This document shows positions 25,956 through 36,400 of a stretch of DNA of 64,000 nucleotides, piece by piece. The stretch is from the NCBI GenBank assembly GCA_036867785.1, contig CP145409.1, positions 1,364,001 through 1,428,000 of the forward strand, given 5' to 3'. The notes below the pieces were generated by a model that was not told the origin of the DNA, did not search any database, and saw nothing but the letters and a program-made list of their open reading frames with translations. Positions within the stretch are counted from its first letter, which is position 1; every line of letters begins with the position of its first letter. Made by a program: the position numbers and the translations under genes. The stretch comes from Plasmodiophora brassicae. Lineage: Eukaryota.

Positions 25956-26704
25956 CGTGGCGCCTACAGGCGCCAGCGGCGAGTGACGCGGCTGGAACTT
26001 TCCAGCTGCGTCACTCGCCGCGCGCCACTCGGGGCGGCCGACTTGATCCGTCGACCAGCGGTGCCGCCTTCACCGCCCTCAGCGCGGATCTCCTGTGCAC
26101 ATACGACTTTGTCAGCCACGATAGTGCCAGGAATACGCCACCAGAATGTTTCGAGCACCTTCTCTACGCGGCGTGCCCGAATTCGTGCTCGTTTGGCATC
26201 CTTGGCCGCCCCAGGTTGAGCTCTGCAATTAGGACATCAGTTCCCACCTGCACTGGACGAATTATAAGAGCCGCGTGCGACTGACCGCGGCAGGTGAAAT
26301 GTCGGCAACGAGCGCTTGGCAGACTTCAATGCGGACGATCGGGGTTGCATGTTCGGGACGGCCGCGCGCCCCACCACCTGGTTCGGGGGATCACCAGAGC
26401 GGAACCCTGCAGGCGCGGCAGTCAGACACGCGTATAACAGGTGCAACAGCGAGGGCGCCAGGATGCCCAGGAACGTACGTGTGACCTGGTCGGGACCCGG
26501 CGCGAACGTCACGTTGCGGGCCCTGGTCGAGGTTGTCGGCGATCGGGTGGCCTGGGCGACGGGGCAAGCGGGTTTGGCGGATTTCAACGCGCGTCGTCGT
26601 GGCGGCATGTTCGCCGAGGACGCCCGCCTCACCTGGTTCGGCGGGTCTTCCCGGCGGGCGGGGACGCGAGTACTGGACGCTGGCATAGCGGGCATACGTG
26701 TCTT

Positions 26705-26960
26705 CGTCGACGACCCCGACTCTCCGAATTGAGTGTGGCGAAAGAATCCACGCGGGGTGCCCGAGATATGCTCTCCCAGCCAGAGCAGTTGCAGGCAGTC
26801 GCAGGGCGTATCGTTGCGATCCGCGTCAGACACTGCCCAGGCACTGGCCAGGCAGGCAGACAGGCAGGCACAGAGACTCTGCCGCGTGGATTCGCGTGGC
26901 AGATGAGGGAGACTGTACTGTGGTACGGTAGTACTGCTGTGCTCATATGGCGGCAGGCGC
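26705..26960. repeat. Structured repeat family R2, copy 2
   Basis: Direct repeat of 23630-23855; long-range 12-bp pairing GAATCCACGCGG/CCGCGTGGATTC. Confidence 0.85.
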
Positions 26961-27519
26961 AGTTCTGACATGATTCGAATTGACGGGACATGTTGTATAT
27001 ATACGACAGGTGATCAGGCTCCTGCGACGAGACAGTGGACCCGGGCAGCGCCATGCTGGATATCGAATATAGCCGTGTGCTGCCTCCACTTTCTTCTGCA
27101 GACGATAGTGCGGATTGCGGTATTTCCTGGCGCCCCCCTGAGATGCATCACACGTGCGAATCGCGCCGGCGGGAGATCACTTTCGTTTTGGGCGTGATGG
27201 GGGGTGGTCGGGGGTTGTCGGGGGTTGTTGGGAGCCCCCGGCGGTCGGGTCGTTGCCGGGATCGCCCCGCCCCGCCCCCGCAACCACGACGCCCCCGGCC
27301 CGGGCCCGGGCGTGAGCGGCGCAGGTGCGTACGGGTTGTCGACTCGACAGATCGGTGCCTGCTGCGGAACATAGTGGTCAGAGGCGGGTTGCCGTGCTCG
27401 AGGCGTCGCCATCCAGCTTCATCGTCCCTACACGGATCAACTTTCGAACCTATTCGAGCCTCGCCGCCGACTTGTACGCCATCGTCACGCCAACGTCAGC
27501 CCCACGACATCATCATCCG

Positions 27520-28527
27520 GACGATCCGCACGAGCGCGTACAGGAGTACCGACGCGCTTTCGAGCGCATGCGGGAAACTGTCGAGTTCCTCCTGTTCGAG
27601 TACTACATCGAGCAGGAGGTTCGTGAGCTACGGCGGATCGTCGCGGTCGTCGACCGCCTGCCGGAGCCGACCCCGTCCTACGTGGCGTCAGCGCCCGCCT
27701 GCTGTCCAACAAACGCCAGAGGTGCATTGCCTTGTCAAGACAGCAGGCGTCGTCGTCCGGATCCGTCGTCGTCGGTACGGGCAGCCTGAGGCGCTCGGCA
27801 TGATCGGGGCGGGGCCGGTCCGCGTCGATTCGTACGTGCCAGAGGTGGTCTAGGCCGAACAGCGTCATGACCCCCGGTAAGCCCAGCGGCCTCGTGCAAT
27901 CGTCATCTGGGGCCATCCCCTGCCGTTCATTGACGCCTGCAATGCCTGAGGTACAGCGCTGTAACGGGGCGTCTGGCGACGAAGGGCGGAGGGATGGCAC
28001 CCCCGTCTTGCCGTTCAACGACGCCCTCGCTGACCGGCGCAAGGCGTCTGGCGGCGAGGAGAGCGACCCGGGTCCCGACCTCGACCTCGGGCGCCAACGG
28101 AACCTGGCCAACAAGGGGGCGAAACAGCGGATGGCCCCAGATGACGATTGCACGAGGCCGCTGGGCTTACCGGGGGTCGCGACGCAGCGCGGCCTAGACC
28201 ACCTCTGGCACGTACGAATCGACGCGGATCGGCCCCGCCCCGATCATGCCGAGCGCCTCAGGCTGCCCGTACCGACGACGACGGATCCGGACGACGACGC
28301 CTGCTGTCTTGACAAGGCAATGCACCTCTGGCGTTTGTTGGACAGCAGGCGGGCGCTGACGCCACGTAGGACGGGGTCGGCTCCGGCAGGCGGTCGACGG
28401 CCGCGACGATCCGCTGCAGCTCACGAACCTCCTGCTCGATGTAGTACTCGAACAGGAGGAACTCGACAGTTTCCCGCATGCGCTCGAAAGCACGTCGGTA
28501 CTCCTGTATGCGCTCGTGCGGATCGTC
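27520..28527. repeat. Inverted duplication, ~400-bp arms (27520-27918 / 28129-28527), 210-bp spacer containing R1 copy 4
   Basis: Reverse-complement match checked at both ends, e.g. TCGTCATCTGGGGCCATCC vs GGATGGCCCCAGATGACGA. Confidence 0.95.
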
Positions 28528-28760
28528 GGACGACGCGTAGCGGTGACGTGGCGCCGGGACCGGCTCGGGTCCCCGAACCGTGCGACGATCCCGTCCCAGT
28601 TGCATCTTATGGAAACGCCATTGCGTTCGATCAGGGCGCCAGGAGGTGTCCCGACGAACGCAGGCGGGGACCTGGACCGTCGGCCTGGGGACCCGGCGCT
28701 GCTCTGATGGACGGTCTTGTTGCGCGTTACGCCCGGCACTGGAACGGGCGACGCTCGCGG
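27919..28760. repeat. Direct segmental duplicate of ~22640-23480
   Basis: Colinear high similarity over ~840 bp (R1 module plus the minus-strand ORF region). Confidence 0.9.
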
Positions 28761-29291
28761 CGGACGACTTGCTGGCGACCAGCTGGGAACGCCCGTTATA
28801 CCTAGTGATCAGCTCCGTGCCGAGACCAAGCTACTGTCGGCGGACGGGCGCTTCTCTGGCCAATGTCGGGACAGATTTGCTCGACATCGAGCTTCCCAAC
28901 GCGTCGCCCAGCTGCGGCGTCGTCGCGGCCCAACATTGTCGCTCGGCTGCCGGGCGACAGATCGAGCGGCGAACGTGACCTGCTCCTGTGGACTGGCAAG
29001 CGTCCCGCTGGACGTAAGACCTGTTCGCCGCCGTCGAGGATTGACGACGTTATCTCCGGGTGGAGTGCGATCGACATGAACTAGGCCAGGCGGCCGCCAT
29101 ACCCGCCACACGTGGACTGCCGCTGCATGTGCCGCTGTAGGCGGCACCGGCGTCCGGCGCATTGCACGCCAGCATTAGGAGCGTCGTGCAACAGCCCGCA
29201 CAGCGGACCGTGCTGTCGCAGCGGACGCACGACTTGGTCATGGGAACGTTCGCGCATCGCGTAGGCACTGATGAATGAGCCATCCGCAACC

Positions 29292-29877
29292 CAGATCCAC
29301 ATCAACCCGGCCATGCGCTCCCTGCAACGCTTGACGATGACGTTCATCCCATTCAGGACGTGGTTGTCCAAGGTGATCGTCTTCCTGGTCACAATCGCGG
29401 TTTACGCGTTCATACGGTGATTGATCATCCACACTAAAAACATAGCATGCGACCTTCCAATGAGATTCCAATGACTGAATTGGCGACGACGACGACGCGC
29501 TGTGCGCCTGCACACCAGAACATTGCCACGATACCGCTCGCGATTCTCATTTTCAGGTGATAAACCTTGATGTCCACAGGACGCGTCAGTTTGGACATTC
29601 CTTCGGCGTTGGTCATGGCGATCGTCGACTGGCTGTCTCGTTCCCTCTGAACGACGCTATGAGGTTGCGCGTCGTCGTCGTCGCCAATGTAGTCATTGGA
29701 ATCTCATAGGTAGTCGCATGGTATGTTCTCAGTGTGGATGAATCACCGAATGAACGCGGTGACGTAAACCGCGATTGTGGCCAGGACGACGACCAGCTTG
29801 GACAACCACGTCCTGAATGGAATGAACGTCATCGTCAAGCGTTGCAGGGAGCGCATGGCCGGGTTGATGTGGATCTG
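29292..29877. repeat. Inverted duplication, ~210-bp diverged arms (29292-29500 / 29667-29877), 166-bp spacer
   Basis: CAGATCCACATCAACCCGGCCATGCGCTCCCTGCAACGCTTGACGATGAC is reverse-complemented at 29828-29877; the inner ends are GGCGACGACGACGACGCGC / GCGCGTCGTCGTCGTCGCC. Confidence 0.9.
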
Positions 29878-30162
29878 CGACGCTGTCTGGCAAATAACGT
29901 CCTGAAAATAAAGAGTGTGAGGAAACTGCTCCAGCTATGTAGGAGGACGACGAGATCCCCACCATTGCCTCGTAAAGACCGCGCCCCATCACTTGGTCTG
30001 GATTCGGTCCCGCCATGCCGACTCGAACGTCCTCGGCCTCTAACTTCCAAACGGATGTTAATAGGATCAACGTTTGTGTGTTGTGCATGACGAACGCCCA
30101 GTGAAAGACAAGGTGAAAATTGTGTGAAAACGGTGTCAAGACGACGTACGGGCGGGCGGGAC

Positions 30163-30265
30163 GGGCGTCGGGCAGAATGGCGGGATCAGGGGCGGGCCAG
30201 GCGTCGGGCACGATGGCGGGATCAGGGGCGGGCCAGGCGTCGGGCACGATGGCGGGATCAGGGGC
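30163..30265. repeat. 36-bp tandem repeat, ~3 copies
   Basis: Unit GGCGTCGGGCACGATGGCGGGATCAGGGGCGGGCCA; reads APDPAIVPDAWP on the minus strand. Confidence 0.9.
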
Positions 30266-31082
30266 TGCCCGAGTGCGGCGTACAGCGGGCAGTAGATGCA
30301 TCTCACATGCGTTGGGTTGGCGCAGGTGCCGTCCGGGTTGAATCTGTCAACCAGAACCAGCACGTGTGAATGGTTGGCGCCCATGACGTGAGACCGCTAC
30401 AAGACGCGGAGAGCTTCCCGTGCCGCGCTAAACCCGGCGACCGACTTGTGCGTGGAGTGCTGGACATCCGAACTGGAACCACTCGTCTCGGACCCCGACG
30501 AGCGGGGTGGGCCATTGAGGGCCTTGGAACAACATTCCGAATGGACATCCGTCGTCCGCGTTTGTCGCGGAGAGTTCGAGGTCCTTGAGGTCGGAGTCGG
30601 GCTTGCCGTGACATCGGCGGACAAGAGACCGTTTGCCCGTAATTCGTACTGAGCCGGGAATGCGCCCCGTAAGTGTGACAGGTACATTTAACCATTGTGC
30701 CCCGAATCAGGCTCGCGTCCAGTCTTCAAAAGAGCGCCAAAGACGCGGTTGGCGGGTCCGAGCGTCAGTTCATCCGGTCGACCCGTCAAGGGCTCAAGGC
30801 AACAGCCAATGCGACGCAGTTCCGGTCGACCCATCACGGCACAGCCAATGCTCCCAGTCCCAGACGCAGTGTGCGCATTCCGCGTCGGCGGCCACGACGT
30901 ATCCCGCTGCATTGCACGACTTTGCATATAGGAAGCATCGATGGCCTTGTTGCGAAAAATGCATTGGCCTTGACAACACAACATCAGAACAAAAGACTAC
31001 AGCAGAAGACAAGCATACCAATTATTGAAGCTCGCGAAGTATAGCGAAGCGTTTCCGGTAGGCGAACGTTACCAAATTCAGT

Positions 31083-31539
31083 GCGTATATGCATGCGGCT
31101 GATTCGAGAACGCATCAAATTGCGGAAGACGCTGACGAATTTGCAGGAAGGTTCGCATTTGCCTATGCGATGCATGCTCGAAGCCTCTCACGAGGCTCAC
31201 ATATCGATGGCGCCAGGAATGCGAACCAACAGCCGCACATTGCCGCATTGTCATAATATGTACGCGCAACCAGCAGCGCTCAAGAGGAGATAGCGTGTAC
31301 GTGCTGAATGACCCTCGCAGAGATATTGCTGGCGATAATGGGCCACCATTTTCGGAATCATGCATAGAAGAGACATTTCCAAACAGAAGCGGATCGTTTG
31401 AACGCATTCCTGGCGTCATCGATATTTGAGCCTCGTGAGAGGCTTCGAGCATGCATCGCATAGGCAAATGCGAACCTTCCTGCAAATTCGTCAGCGTCTT
31501 CCGCAATTTGATGCGTCCTCGAATCAGCCGCATATACGC
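31083..31539. repeat. Inverted duplication, ~140-bp arms (31083-31223 / 31403-31539), 179-bp spacer
   Basis: The ORF track shows the same peptide (RIKLRKTLTNLQEGSHLPMRCMLEASHEA) on both strands; confirmed by nucleotide comparison. Confidence 0.95.
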
Positions 31540-32275
31540 GCTGAATACTCGTTTACGTCATCATCGCTCGGCGGATACGCCTCGCCGTCATCGTCATCGC
31601 TGGACTCCAACCATTCCCGAAGAAAATAGTTGCCATCGACGTCACTCATGTCGGGCGACTTTGAGTCGACACCCTCGGCGCGCCTCGCCCATTCCTGTAA
31701 GAAGTAGTCTCCCATGGCCTCATGATCGGCTGACGACGTCTCCTCCAGGACCAGATCGACGTCCCCACGACGACAATCGGCACAAAATTCCGGCTTTGAA
31801 CTGACACCCGCGCACATTGCGGGGTGCGTAGTGCGCCTTGCAATCAGCCAGCGCCGGGATTGGATCCTGTAAACCGGTTGCTGTAACTGCATGCACATCC
31901 AGATTGACGGGAACTTGGCGTCGCCTGTCATGTTGACCAGCATTTGAACACACAAGTACCTTGTTCACCGACCAGACCAGCACTTTGACGGTCACCTCCA
32001 TCGGCTTCTCTATGAACTCGATACGGTCTCTGGTCAACGTAACCCTACAACACCATCAGAGGTGGTAGGCCGGCACTGCCAGGCCGGGGAAAGCTTGCGT
32101 GCTGCAACCTGCCCCTACTGTCCTCGGACCCGAGACCGGGGCGCCGCCTGCGTGAACAGCGCGAAACCCAAATAAACCCACAGCTCCATGCGTTCGATTG
32201 CCAGCAAAGCTTACATAGGTTGGCCACAAGACGGGCGATCAAGAGACATTACAGTATTTTTAATTTGACCGCGGA

Positions 32276-33039
32276 CTATGAGACAATCTCGTAATCAACG
32301 AGATGTTGATCAAGAAAGTGTTTCAAGAACGAGAATGGGTAGTCCGCGTCAATACGCGTCGCACCCAAATTTAAATCTGGAAGGTAGAGCTTCGTGCCCG
32401 TCCGAATGCCAGGCGCGTATTTCTTTGACGCTTGCGTCCACGTATCTTTCAAGTGTTCGGGATCTACCCCGTTGAGTAGATCTTTGCCCGGAAGATGTGG
32501 GCATTTTGCGAAATGGTCTAATTTGCATTTAAAATCGATATGGTAATAAGGATACATGGACAATAACAAGACTAACCAAGGAAATCCGCGAAAGCAAGTT
32601 TCTTAATGATCTGCCAACCATCAGGACACTTTGATGCGTGCTTGGCAGTAATCTTGTCGCGAAAGCAATCCAGGACACGACGAGCGTCGATAACGGCCAA
32701 CTGCTGTTTAAGATCATTGATCAACAGATCGCGATCATTGATCATTAAATCGCGATCGTTAATCGCTGCTTGCCACTTGTACTTCTCGACCTGGTGCCAC
32801 ATGGCTGCGAGCTTGGCGTTTTTTCGCAGAATGGCTGTGTGATAGTCGATTTCGACTTTGTAATCGTCATCGGCACCCGCACGAAGCCCGACACACGTCG
32901 AACTAAGTTCGCCATCAACGACGAGGTCAACAATTCGATTTGTTGGAGGTATGGCTTCGACAACATCGTCCGTGATGCTTAACCGTGGCGACTTGTTCGC
33001 AACTCGACGAATCACATCGGCATCGACATCTCTGCTCAA
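32276..33039 (-). CDS. Hypothetical lower-GC coding region (two adjacent ORFs, coiled-coil INDRDL repeat), possibly a pseudogene
   Basis: 155-aa and 97-aa ORFs with protein-like composition separated by a stop and frame change; no recognisable domain. Confidence 0.35.
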
Positions 33040-33816
33040 CAGTCATGTAAGAACCCCCAAACGGAAATGCGCCCGAAGAAGAGCATACATGCTGGCTAAC
33101 TCGGCGATATCTTGACGAATATCGTGAATGGACGCTTGTCGATTTGGGGACTGTGAGACGATGCCCTCAATGAGGCTCCCTGTCGGCGACGTCGACATCA
33201 ACAATGCGACAAAGTCCGTCCGGAGGATAATAATTGACCGACGAGGACACTTCTGCAGCGTCTGACGCGACTGCGCTGTCTTGCACGGTGCACCACAACG
33301 CGCCGCGGCTGACGGCAGGTTGTGATGAGTAGACCCTCCTGGCAGGTGTCAAGTGACAACGCAAGAAGAAATCGACCCCCCCCCCCCCCCCCTTCCCCCA
33401 AACAACGCGGGTTCGAGGATCCCTGTTATTTGGGTGATTGGCCGAGCTCCACGTCAGCGCGCGCGACTGACCGGTCAACGTTGCAGTGGCGGCGCCTTTC
33501 GAACCGCCATCGGCGACTGGCACGAGCCACCAATTGCATCCGGGATGCCAGATGGCTTTCATCGTCCTGCACCCGAGCGTCCACGCCGTTTCCCGGTACA
33601 AGAGCACGGTCCTCTGACTCGAGCCGGTCGTGGCCTTCAGCGACGGGCAGTGAGTGCCCTCCTGATCGATCTAAAGGCGTGGCCGGCCTGATATGGGCCG
33701 CAGTGGCGCCCACAGCCACGTCGGTACCCGCCAGCAGCCCGACATACCCGTTGAGGACTCAGCGAGCTATCCTGCGTACTCAATAGATACAATCCCGGTC
33801 GTTGGTTGCATGTTGA

Positions 33817-36268
33817 CTAGTTGCAAGGCGAGACGGCGAATGGGATAGCAACGGACACGTGCGTTCGCAGGTCGGCGTAGGCGGCGAGAGCTTCCCGGAT
33901 GACGCGAGCGCCTGCTCGAGACCATTCCACACTCGACATGACCGTGCCGGCCAGGCCCGACTCCACATTCGCCAGTTCATCAACCTGGAGGCGCAGGTCG
34001 GCAGCTCGCTCCTGGAATGTCTGGACGGCTTCGGATGCCTTTGGCAGCGCATCGTCCACCATGACCGATGTCCAGGTGGGCACCGAGGGACACTCACCGG
34101 TATCTTCCAGCTCCATCAACCGACGAACGATGCACGCTCTGCGACAGGCACACCGATATCAGCAATGCCACCTCAGTAAGCGAGCTGACATGTACCTCCA
34201 CAGCGGTAGAAGCTGTGCGTCAGGGCAATGCACGACGACGGAGGCGATCGGGGTATCGTCGTAAGCAGCAACGGTCAGCTGGGCAGCCGAACCGGGGCGT
34301 AACGTCAGCACGGCCGTTGAACCAGGCACCGACGACCTAGGCATGCGACAGCGCCGAGGGCGTCATTCAGCACAGGGAGCAATCAGCAGTGCACGCCGAA
34401 CCTGTTCGTCGTTCCGTTCGTGACCAGACGGTCCAGCAGCGATGACTTGCTCGTCGACCCCGAATGGATCACCGCGATCCGGCACGATGTCATCGTCGCA
34501 GGCGCTGGTGACGGCGGCGGCAGATCGGCAGGTGCATTCAGGCGGCTCTGGATCCACAAAGCATTCCTGTCGGTCGACATGCACGCCAGAGATCCGGCTA
34601 TGCCGCTGTACAGCCTTGTCAGTTGATGCCCGCGCACGTTGATATCAAGGCGCGACTGACGCAGCTGACAACCTGGCGAGATCACCGACATCGATGGTCT
34701 GCTGCAGGATCTGGACCATGGGGACCTGTCGATCTCGGTATGTCGAATGGGATCGCAACCGAACGTAGATGCGGACGTCGATCGGGCTGTCGTCGTGCCG
34801 GTCGCAGCAGGCGACCGAGGTTGTTGACGCGGGCGCCGGGCCCAGGCGTTCCAACGGTACCGACACGGTCTGCGTCAGCGTCTGCGCCTCCCGATGCGAC
34901 TTGACGATGCAGTCGATCATGAACGCGTCGCCGGGGATCGCCATCGCTGACCTGTTCGTCAGCGTGATGTCCAGCAGGACGCGCCGGCCGGCGCTCGTCA
35001 TTGGCCGGCATGCCAGCGTGCAGGCCGGCAGGGATCCCGGCGGCCCCTGTAACAGGCGTATCGCGACCTGCCCCGCATGCAGCCGTACGTCCAGGACACG
35101 GGACGCCTCCAGCACATTTGCTTCCGCGGCCGACACTTGACCGATTCGACGTAGCGTTGCCGAAAGCGACCGTGGCGCCTCCAGGTCGACCGGCTTATCG
35201 TTGGCGGCATTGACAAACAGGACGTCGTTGGAGAAGGTTCGCGCGGCGAGGCCGTCGGCGAGGCCGGCAGCGTAGTCGAACAACGTGGAGCGCTGAGCGA
35301 CCAGCGGGGCGCACTGGCGACAGCAGGTGACAGGTGAAGACGACAGCGTTGGGGACAGGTCGGCGACGCGAAGGCGGTATTGGCTATCGAGGAAGTAGAC
35401 AGTGGCGGGCGGCTGGACAACGGTCTGGCGGACCTGGTCCTGGATCCGGATCCAGGTCCAGGTCGGCAGGTGCAGGATCTTGCCGAACGACGACACGACC
35501 AGCAAGGCGTCGTCAACGACGTGGATGCCAACCACCGGTTCCTGCATGTCGCAAACGACGCCGTGCGCTCGACGCGTCGTCCAGGTGACCTGGCCGTCCA
35601 CGCGCCCTTCCAGCAGAACGTCCTCGTTGTCGTCGTCGTCCCGCAACGTGACGCAGTCACGTAGACGCGCTGAAGCAGGCCTCGCTCCACCAGCGTTACA
35701 GGACATCGACGACGACGTCCCCGATGTCGATGCGCCCGCCAGAAGCGTGACGGCAATGCGGGCCCGGCCCGGCGACGACGGCACCGTTTCGATCCGGCCT
35801 TCCGACAGGAGGTAGGTGGGCGATGCGGTCCCGTACACAACGATACCGCCATTCGGTAGCGAGTAGCAATGCTGGGCGCCGGGGCAGCACCCGACGCACG
35901 ACGCGCGATCGGCAACGGTCACGGCGGGCGACGCCGCGCGACGATCATCGTCGCCCCGTTTCCGTTCCACGAGAACGTCCCAGACGCGATAGTCGCTGGT
36001 GACGACCAGGACACGCGCGGCACGACGCCCATGCGATGGCGATCGTCCGATCGCGATCGACGCGACGGCAGACTCCACCCGAACAATGTCCTGTATCGCG
36101 CGTCACGTGGGTCACTGGCCTTCCCAGAGGCAGTCGCACGGCTCTGACATGAAGGCGCTGCCGGTACAGGACATGGATAAGACAGGGCGCCGGCGTCCAG
36201 GCCGACCAGTAGCCACACGACACCACCGACGACGACGACGACCAACGGTTGTCCGTCGGCGCCGTCAT
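33817..36268 (-). CDS. FAAP100: Probable Fanconi anemia core complex-associated protein 100 homolog (multi-exon)
   Basis: Exon 1 36268-36149, intron 36148-36091, then a long exon. Segments VLLEGRVDGQV, VVCDMQEPVVGI..LLVVSSFGKI, TLRRIGQVSAAEANV (coiled coil), ITLTNRS, VPLERLGP, QQTIDV and C-terminal ALAAYADLR occur in the same order as my recollection of animal FAAP100. 3' exons uncertain. Confidence 0.5.
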
Positions 36269-36400
36269 GGCTAAATTTGATCTGCTGCCGCCGATGGCAC
36301 AGATCGGCGGCGCGACAGCAGAGAGGAACTGTCGAGGGGATAGGACAACGTGTCTGATGATGCATTGAACAAGGTGTACGCGCGCGAGGCGGGTGCTCGA

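Noticed and set aside
26735-26915. Hammerhead ribozyme in R2 (CGAAA ... CAGATGAG)
   Set aside because: The core reads CAGATGA rather than CTGANGA, there is no UH after the stem, and no stem I.
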